From Candidatus Nomurabacteria bacterium (GTDB lineage Bacteria; Patescibacteriota; Minisyncoccia; Phycocordibacterales; UBA9973): a stretch of 44,287 bases of DNA. Shown one piece after another: positions 38,166 to 44,287 of the stretch. The notes beneath the pieces are model-generated. The model saw nothing but the letters and a program-made list of their open reading frames with translations, searched no databases and was not told where the DNA came from. The stretch spans positions 134,221-178,507 of the forward strand of contig CALRAL010000002.1 in NCBI GenBank assembly GCA_943350875.1. Direction: 5' to 3'. Made by a program: the position numbers and the translations under genes. The first letter of the stretch is position 1, and every line of letters starts with the position of its first letter.

Positions 38166-39485
38166 ATGCTTACCTTAGATACAAGAAAAATAATGAAAAC
38201 CTTTGTATCACTTAAACCGGAAGCGGTTTGGTCTTTTAAAAATGTTGCTCGATCGGAAACCACCGCTTTAACTCACAGCTATCACAGATACCCTGCAAAA
38301 TTTATTCCCAATATTGTAGAAAAGCTACTTAACGATTTTACAAAAAAGGGCGATTTAATACTTGATCCTTTTGGAGGATGTGGAACAACACTTGTAGAAT
38401 CAAAGAGGCTCGGACGAAGAAGTGTTTGTTTTGACATAAATCCAGTGGCTAAATTTATCGCCGAAGTAAAAGTAACTCCAATCAATCCAACAAAATTAAA
38501 TAGTGAGTTTGAAAAGTTACAGAGTAGACTTTCAAAAAAGAAAAAAGTTGTTTCAAATTACCACTTAAATAACGACAGAATACTCTATTGGTTCGATAAA
38601 AAAACGATTAAAGAATTAGATTTTGTCTATTCTGAAATCAAGAAAATAAAAAATAAAGACATAAGAAAATTTTTCTTGTGTGCTTTCTCGCATAACTTAA
38701 AAAATAGCTCTCGTTGGCTAATGAAAAGCATTAAGCCTACGATTGATAAAGATAAAAATATTCCATCTGTCGTAAAAAATCTTCTTAAGCATTCAAGATC
38801 AATGATTAAAAAGAACACTCAATTTTATTCATTGCTTAAAACGGAGGGTAATCTGAAAACTTCGGCAAAAGTGTTGCTTAGGGACTCAACAAAAAAGTTT
38901 TCCCTTAAAAATAATGAGGTTGATTTGATTATCACTTCTCCCCCCTATGTAACTTCCTATGAATATGCCGATCTGCATCAGCTTTCCTTGCTTTGGTTTG
39001 GCAACGACAAAAAAGACTTCAAGGGATGGTATAAATTTTCAAGCAATTTTACTGATTTTCGAAAAAACTTTATTGGCACAAGTTATAAGAATAAACAGAA
39101 AGGAGAAATCGGGAGTCAAATTGGCTCAAATATTACCGACAATCTTTACAGTTTGGACAAAGCACTCTCAAAAGATGTTTCAAATTATTTTATTGATATG
39201 AATTTAGCATTTAGAGAAATGCACCGCGTTTTGAAAAAAGGTAAACATGCCTGTATCGTGATTGGTAACACAGAGCTTAGGGGGGTTGCAATACTAAACG
39301 CAGAAGTAGCAACAGAACAAATGCTCAAGGTTGGTTTTAAGAATCCTCGCATAATTAAAAGAGAAGTTGGAAATAAAATGATTACCCCTTGGCGAGATAC
39401 TAATACAGGAAAATTTACCAGTATGAGGAACCCAAACAAGAAACATGCTTATGAATATGAGTATGTTCTCATAATGGAAAAATAA
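38166..39485 (+). CDS. Amino-DNA methyltransferase (probably N4-cytosine)
   Basis: YHRYPAKF, motif I DPFGGCGTT before motif IV TSPPY. Confidence 0.9.
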   Translation: MLTLDTRKIMKTFVSLKPEAVWSFKNVARSETTALTHSYHRYPAKFIPNIVEKLLNDFTKKGDLILDPFGGCGTTLVESKRLGRRSVCFDINPVAKFIAEVKVTPINPTKLNSEFEKLQSRLSKKKKVVSNYHLNNDRILYWFDKKTIKELDFVYSEIKKIKNKDIRKFFLCAFSHNLKNSSRWLMKSIKPTIDKDKNIPSVVKNLLKHSRSMIKKNTQFYSLLKTEGNLKTSAKVLLRDSTKKFSLKNNEVDLIITSPPYVTSYEYADLHQLSLLWFGNDKKDFKGWYKFSSNFTDFRKNFIGTSYKNKQKGEIGSQIGSNITDNLYSLDKALSKDVSNYFIDMNLAFREMHRVLKKGKHACIVIGNTELRGVAILNAEVATEQMLKVGFKNPRIIKREVGNKMITPWRDTNTGKFTSMRNPNKKHAYEYEYVLIMEK

Positions 39486-39488
39486 TTT

Positions 39489-41348
39489 ATGCCAAATTTT
39501 AACCTAAATGAATTAAGACGAGATACTATAAATAATAATCGCTATGAAAGGCGTTTGGCTAAACTTGTCTCAATGAATCAGGAAGTAGACAGGATTAAGG
39601 CTGTTGTGGAAAGTGCGGTTGATAATACTCAAAAAGGACAAAAGTCTTTTGTTATTTATGGTGAACCGCAAAGCGGAAAGACAGAAATGATGATTGCTTT
39701 AACAGCAAAACTCCTTGATGTTGGTTTTAAGATTGTGATTGCCTTGCTTAATGATAGTGTCCAACTTTTGGGACAAAACCTCGAGCGTTTTCAACGATCA
39801 GGTCTTTCTCCTTCTCCAAAAAAGTTTAGTGAAATTCTGCCGCCCGAAGTAAAAATTGGAGATCATCAATGGGTTATTTTTTGTAAGAAAAATTCAAAAG
39901 ACCTACATAAACTTATTCAAAAGCTAGATGGACACTCTAATAGAGTAGTAATTGATGATGAAGCTGATTATGCAACACCAAACTCAAAAATAAACAAAAA
40001 AGAGAAGAGTAAGATAAATGAACTAACAGAAAAATTGATTGGTTCGGAAGGTACTTATATCGGTGTTACAGCAACACCCGCTCGTCTTGATTTAAACAAA
40101 ACTCATCAAAATCAAAATGAGTTTTGGATTGATTTTCAGCCACATTCAAATTATACAGGGCAGGACATATTCTTTCCTGTTTCGACAGAAAATTTACCAT
40201 ATAGGCTAACTTTTTTACCGGACGCAGGCGATAACCCAAAACATTTACGAGAAGCATTGTTTAGCTTCATAGTAAATGTGGGATATTTAAACTCTGTTGT
40301 TAATGATCCAGAAAAGAATTACTCCATGCTTGTTCATACAAGTAGCAAAAAAGCTGACCATACAGTTGACTATAAACAAATTGTTAAAACTTTTGAAGTC
40401 TTAAAAGACGATAAAGATTCAAACCACGAAGCATACTTTAAAAGAATATGGGAAATTGCCAGTGCAAGGTACCCAGAACATGCAAATGAAATAACGAAAT
40501 ATGCTATTGGTCATATAGACAGAAATAACATTGTTGTAATGAATAGCGATAAAGAAGTAAACGCGGCAGATAATCGAACAGCGACTGATCCCACTGCTCC
40601 CTTTACTGTAGTTATTGGTGGAAATATTATTTCCCGAGGAGTTACCTTTAATAATCTTTTGTCTATGTTCTTTACGAGAGATGTTAAACATAAATTACAA
40701 CAAGATACTTATATTCAAAGAGCTAGAATGTTTGGTTCACGAAATGATTACTTAAAGTATTTTGAGTTAATAATTCCTAAATCGCTTTATTTGGATTGGC
40801 AAAAATGTTTTATTTTCCATAGATTATCTCTTGAATCAAGAAAGCAAGATAAACGAACGCCTGTCTGGCTTGATGGCGAAAGGATTACTGCTGTTTCTGC
40901 GGGTAGTATTGATAAAACAAATGTCGTCGTAGACAAGGGTGAAATGAGCTTTGAACTTTTCAATTTTGATAATGAAAATATTGAAGAAATTCTCAAGCAA
41001 AATATAAAACCAATTCAAAAAGTAAAAGCACTTTCCGAACTATTTGGGAAAAACTGCCTGCCTGATTATTTAATTAGTTATATAGAGGGATTTTGTCCAC
41101 TTGGCGATGAGTCTTTGGCGGTACACTCTCCAAAAACTATATCCGGATACACAGAAAAAGAGGGAGAAATGGATAAAAATACTATTACTCGTGCGAAAGG
41201 GTTTATTGGGGACAGAGAAATGGAATTAACAAAATATCCAAACGCAATCCATCACATCAATATTCTTTTTAACGATATAGGGAAAGCTCGCATTTTCTAC
41301 AGATACAGAGGCAGTATTCGTTTCTTAAAAACTCCTAGAAATATATGA
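39489..41348 (+). CDS. Z1-domain protein with an SF2-like ATPase N-terminus
   Basis: GEPQSGKT (Walker A), IDDEAD, GVTATP, SMLVHTS, IGGNIISRGVTF, DTYIQRARMFG. Confidence 0.82.
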   Translation: MPNFNLNELRRDTINNNRYERRLAKLVSMNQEVDRIKAVVESAVDNTQKGQKSFVIYGEPQSGKTEMMIALTAKLLDVGFKIVIALLNDSVQLLGQNLERFQRSGLSPSPKKFSEILPPEVKIGDHQWVIFCKKNSKDLHKLIQKLDGHSNRVVIDDEADYATPNSKINKKEKSKINELTEKLIGSEGTYIGVTATPARLDLNKTHQNQNEFWIDFQPHSNYTGQDIFFPVSTENLPYRLTFLPDAGDNPKHLREALFSFIVNVGYLNSVVNDPEKNYSMLVHTSSKKADHTVDYKQIVKTFEVLKDDKDSNHEAYFKRIWEIASARYPEHANEITKYAIGHIDRNNIVVMNSDKEVNAADNRTATDPTAPFTVVIGGNIISRGVTFNNLLSMFFTRDVKHKLQQDTYIQRARMFGSRNDYLKYFELIIPKSLYLDWQKCFIFHRLSLESRKQDKRTPVWLDGERITAVSAGSIDKTNVVVDKGEMSFELFNFDNENIEEILKQNIKPIQKVKALSELFGKNCLPDYLISYIEGFCPLGDESLAVHSPKTISGYTEKEGEMDKNTITRAKGFIGDREMELTKYPNAIHHINILFNDIGKARIFYRYRGSIRFLKTPRNI

Positions 41349-41836
41349 TCAGAGAATTTGAATTTTACCACGGAGCTGTTTTAGCAAAATTGCTCCATGA
41401 ATCAGGGCAAAGCGTAACGATTGAACCCTTTCCAAGTGAAAGTAACGCCTCTTATGTCGTTAATAAAAATATTGGTCTTTTTATCAAGCATTCAGCTAAA
41501 AGAATGTCACCTTGGAGATTTAGCTTTGCACAAGAACATCAGGACGAGATTTTAGAAATGAAAAATAAGTTAGGCGAGGTATTTTTATTATTAGTTTGTG
41601 GAGAAGATGGAATTGTATCTTTGAGTTTTGAAGAATTAAAAAGTCTACTTAATGAAGCCCATGACCCAGTAGAGTGGATAAGTGTTGCTAGAAATAAAAA
41701 TACCCACTACACAGTAAAAGGTTCTGATGGCGATCTCGGATACAAAATTAGCCACAAGGATTTTCCAAGAAAACTATTTGAAAAAGAAATTGTAAGTCCA
41801 GAGAAAAGAAGTAAGGTTTTTTCTTGGTTTAAATAA
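41345..41836 (+). CDS. Hypothetical protein, possible PD-(D/E)XK-like nuclease
   Basis: ATGA overlap with the Z1 gene; alpha/beta pattern with LFIKHS...PWRFSF. Function inferred from context only. Confidence 0.6.
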   Translation: MIREFEFYHGAVLAKLLHESGQSVTIEPFPSESNASYVVNKNIGLFIKHSAKRMSPWRFSFAQEHQDEILEMKNKLGEVFLLLVCGEDGIVSLSFEELKSLLNEAHDPVEWISVARNKNTHYTVKGSDGDLGYKISHKDFPRKLFEKEIVSPEKRSKVFSWFK

Positions 41837-41843
41837 AAATATT

Positions 41844-42281
41844 ATGAAAATCTACGTCCTTGGAAGCACATATTTTATGAAAGAGATGGTTGAAGCAAAG
41901 AACAAGCTTTGTGAGCTTGGAATTGATGGTTGGATTCACCCACACTACGAAGCCTTTGTCCGTGGTGAGAAAAAAGAACATCTTGCTCGATGGAATAATG
42001 GCGAAAAAGCCGCATTAAAAAGAGAAAACAATTATCTCAAAGTTCACTACAAACATATTCTTGAAAGTGACGCAGTTTTAATAGTGAATATCAAGAAAAA
42101 TGGCAAGGACAATTATATCGGTGGAAATGTGCTTATAGAAATGGGCCAAGCTTTTGTGAATGATAAGAAAATATTTTTGACCAACAGTATTCCAACAGAT
42201 AGTCCGTATGCTGATGAGATTATTTCTATGGACCCGATTTGTCTTGAAGGTAAGTTGGAGAATATTAAAAAATATATATGA
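41844..42281 (+). CDS. Nucleoside 2-deoxyribosyltransferase-like protein
   Basis: KIYVLGS; ILESDAVLIVN; YIGGNVLIEMGQAFVNDKKIF. Confidence 0.7.
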   Translation: MKIYVLGSTYFMKEMVEAKNKLCELGIDGWIHPHYEAFVRGEKKEHLARWNNGEKAALKRENNYLKVHYKHILESDAVLIVNIKKNGKDNYIGGNVLIEMGQAFVNDKKIFLTNSIPTDSPYADEIISMDPICLEGKLENIKKYI

Positions 42282-42832
42282 AAAAAGAATTATTAGAAAT
42301 TATAAATGAAAATGATGAGGTAATTGGTCTCGAAACTCGTGAGAAAATTCACAAAGAGGGTCTTCTTCATCGCGAAATACATATTTGGTTTCTAACTCCT
42401 AAAGCAGAGATCGTTTTCCAACACCGAGCAAAAGATAAAGACACTTATCCGGACAAACTGGATGCTACGGTTGGTGGACATGTTGAGCCCAAAATGTCTT
42501 ATGAAGAAACTGCTGTTAAAGAATGCAAAGAAGAAACAGGAATGGACATTGATTTGAATAAACTTGTCTTTCTAAGAAAGATAAGAAAGAAAAGTTTTGA
42601 TGAAGCCACTGGTTTGACCAACAATACTATACGTAGTCAGTACGCTTATCTTTTTGACGGTTCAATAAACGATTTACAAGTTGAGGATGGCAAAGCAGAA
42701 GGTTTTGAAGCGTGGAAAATTGATGACCTTTCTCATCTTTCGGAAGCTGATAAAAATAAATTTATCCCTCTAATTCTTCGCGAAGATATGCTTGATATTT
42801 TTAATAAAGCGAGAGAAATTTTAATTAAATAA
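42278..42832 (+). CDS. Nudix hydrolase (IDI-like subgroup)
   Basis: HKEGLLHR, QHRAKDKDTYP, Nudix box GGHVEPKMSYEETAVKECKEETG. Confidence 0.9.
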   Translation: MKKELLEIINENDEVIGLETREKIHKEGLLHREIHIWFLTPKAEIVFQHRAKDKDTYPDKLDATVGGHVEPKMSYEETAVKECKEETGMDIDLNKLVFLRKIRKKSFDEATGLTNNTIRSQYAYLFDGSINDLQVEDGKAEGFEAWKIDDLSHLSEADKNKFIPLILREDMLDIFNKAREILIK

Positions 42833-42835
42833 TTT

Positions 42836-43432
42836 ATGGAATTTTTTACTATTAAAAACATAATAGGAATTGTCGCGATTGCTTTGACTTTTATTGGTTA
42901 TGCTCCATATTTTCGCGATTTATTAAAAGGTAAAACCAAGCCTCATATTTTTTCTTGGTTTATTTGGGCAATTGTTACTTCAATAATTTTTGCACTTCAA
43001 GTTAGCGCGGGTGCAGGACTTGGTTCCGTAGTAACACTTGCTGTTGCTGTAATTTCTTTGTCGATTTTTATTTTAGGATTTAAAAATGGAAATAAGATCA
43101 TAAAAAAGGTAGATGTTGTCTTTCTTGTTTTGGCTCTGCTCGCAATGCCGCTTTGGTTAGTGATTAAACAACCAGTTCTTTCAATAATTTTACTTTCTAC
43201 AATTGACATGCTCGGCTTTGCTCCAACAGTTAGAAAATCTTGGAATGCTCCGTATTCTGAAACATTATCTTTGTATACAATCACAACATTTCGCCATGGG
43301 TTAAGTATTGTTGCTCTTGCTAATTACAATATCGTTACACTATTATTTCCTAGCACATGGGTAATCGCAAATGCTTTGTTTTCAATAATGTTAATAATTA
43401 GGCGTAAGAAAATTCCTAATCCTAATCTGTAA
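42836..43432 (+). CDS. Multi-pass membrane protein (PQ-loop-like duplication)
   Basis: About 7 TM helices; APYFRDLLKGKTKPH and APTVRKSWNAPYSE half repeats. Confidence 0.75.
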   Translation: MEFFTIKNIIGIVAIALTFIGYAPYFRDLLKGKTKPHIFSWFIWAIVTSIIFALQVSAGAGLGSVVTLAVAVISLSIFILGFKNGNKIIKKVDVVFLVLALLAMPLWLVIKQPVLSIILLSTIDMLGFAPTVRKSWNAPYSETLSLYTITTFRHGLSIVALANYNIVTLLFPSTWVIANALFSIMLIIRRKKIPNPNL

Positions 43433-43516
43433 GAAAGGGAGTCCCGCTCGCATCCCTCTCCTCCTCTGCGAGCGGGCTTGCGCGCGAACGGGAGGGTGGG
43501 TCAAGCGCATTTGTAT

Positions 43517-43882
43517 TCCGCCTCGGGTATTTCCGCTAGGAGCGTCCAGGGCTAAAGGACGAGCGCCGACGCAATAAGAATCTCTAAACTCTAAAATTAC
43601 AATAAGCTTGGATATGAAAACGAGGAAGGGGGTTGTGCGAGGGCGGACTCCGAAGGCACAAACAACGGAGGCAGGAACAGAAAATAATCACAAAACTTTT
43701 TAAAGCACTGAATACATAAAATTACATCTGCGAGGAGGAGACCGAAGCTGGGGGAAGGATTCCTTCCTTCCCCCAAACAGCGTCCTGCCCTCGCTCCCGC
43801 TCCGCAGAGCGGTAGAGCGAGGAATAGCAGGACACAAAGTAGTCTAGGCGCTCGTAGCCCTAGCGGAAATACCCGAGGCGGA
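43517..43882. repeat. 366-bp non-coding unit with 24-bp terminal inverted repeats (MITE-like or structured RNA)
   Basis: TCCGCCTCGGGTATTTCCGCTAGG (43517-43540) / CCTAGCGGAAATACCCGAGGCGGA (43859-43882). Confidence 0.7.
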
Positions 43883-43969
43883 TGCCGAGGGCTTATCTCC
43901 TTTAGACTTGGACAACCACTAGCAGAGAAATAGCCGAGACAATTTTATAGTATGATGTATTTGCATTTT

Positions 43970-44119
43970 TGTCCGCCCCGAATTTCGCCAAAAGAAAACG
44001 GATGGAGCAAGCGGAGGATTCCTCCCCAGACCCCTCCTCCTCCGCTTGCGAAATCCGAAAGTAGCCGAGGTTTTGCGGAAACCATATCCCCAGAAAATTG
44101 CTTCCGCAAAACCGAGTCC
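43970..44119 (-). repeat. 150-bp structured inverted repeat, right copy
   Basis: Reverse complement of 37738-37887. Confidence 0.9.
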
Positions 44120-44200
44120 GTATTGTATTCGTGCTTCCGTCCTTTTCCTTTTGGAAAAGCTCTGTGCTTCGCACAGAGGCGCTTCAGCGCAACGGATGCA

Positions 44201-44287
44201 CGATTAGTCCGCATCAGGATTTTGTTCGTAATAGGTTCGGACTTTGTTAATGACACACCACCCGATTGAATTTCCCCGCGAAAATGC
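44201..44287 (-). other. attP-type junction and 3' end of a further integrase copy (truncated by the window)
   Basis: Minus strand encodes ...AFSRGNSIGWCVINKVRTYYEQNPDAD*; matches 37600-37686 with one substitution. Confidence 0.75.

Larger units (their letters stand above)
35896..44257. mobile_element. Integrative element (~8.36 kb) at the tRNA-Ala 3' end
   Basis: Integrase abuts the tRNA; the 30-bp sequence CCACCCGATTGAATTTCCCCGCGAAAATGC occurs at 35896-35925 and 44258-44287; accessory cargo lies between. Confidence 0.8.

Noticed and set aside
35854-44287. Prophage or conjugative element
   Set aside because: No structural, replication, relaxase or T4SS genes in the window.

Overview
A 44.3 kb AT-rich bacterial chromosome segment. 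Gene content, compact proteins, apparently leaderless genes and a short RNase P RNA point to Patescibacteria/CPR (Parcubacteria-like); this is an inference, not a database result. About 1-35.8 kb is core backbone: a D-Ala-D-Ala carboxypeptidase-CapA fusion, rnr, rpsP, khpA, trmD, rpoB-rpoC-dnaG-rpoD, dsbA, a GT2 glycosyltransferase, tRNA-Thr, tsf, rpsB, proS, mreBC, tgt, a PLP decarboxylase, surface proteins, rnpB and tRNA-Ala. Within it sit two REP-associated HUH (RAYT-like) transposases with AGG-N5-CCT hairpins, and several palindromic insertions lie in frame inside core genes (rnr, trmD, rpoB, twice in tgt). One RAYT plus a cargo gene forms a cassette bounded by a 21-bp direct repeat that carries the -35 boxes of both rpsB and proS. 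From 35.9 kb an ~8.36 kb serine-integrase element is inserted at the 3' end of tRNA-Ala. Its attP appears to lie inside the integrase gene, an attP junction recurs at the window end, and a second, inverted, decayed attP lies inside. The cargo is a candidate minimal restriction-like defence operon (XRE controller, amino-DNA methyltransferase, Z1-domain ATPase, small putative nuclease), an NDT-like/Nudix/membrane module and a highly structured non-coding region.
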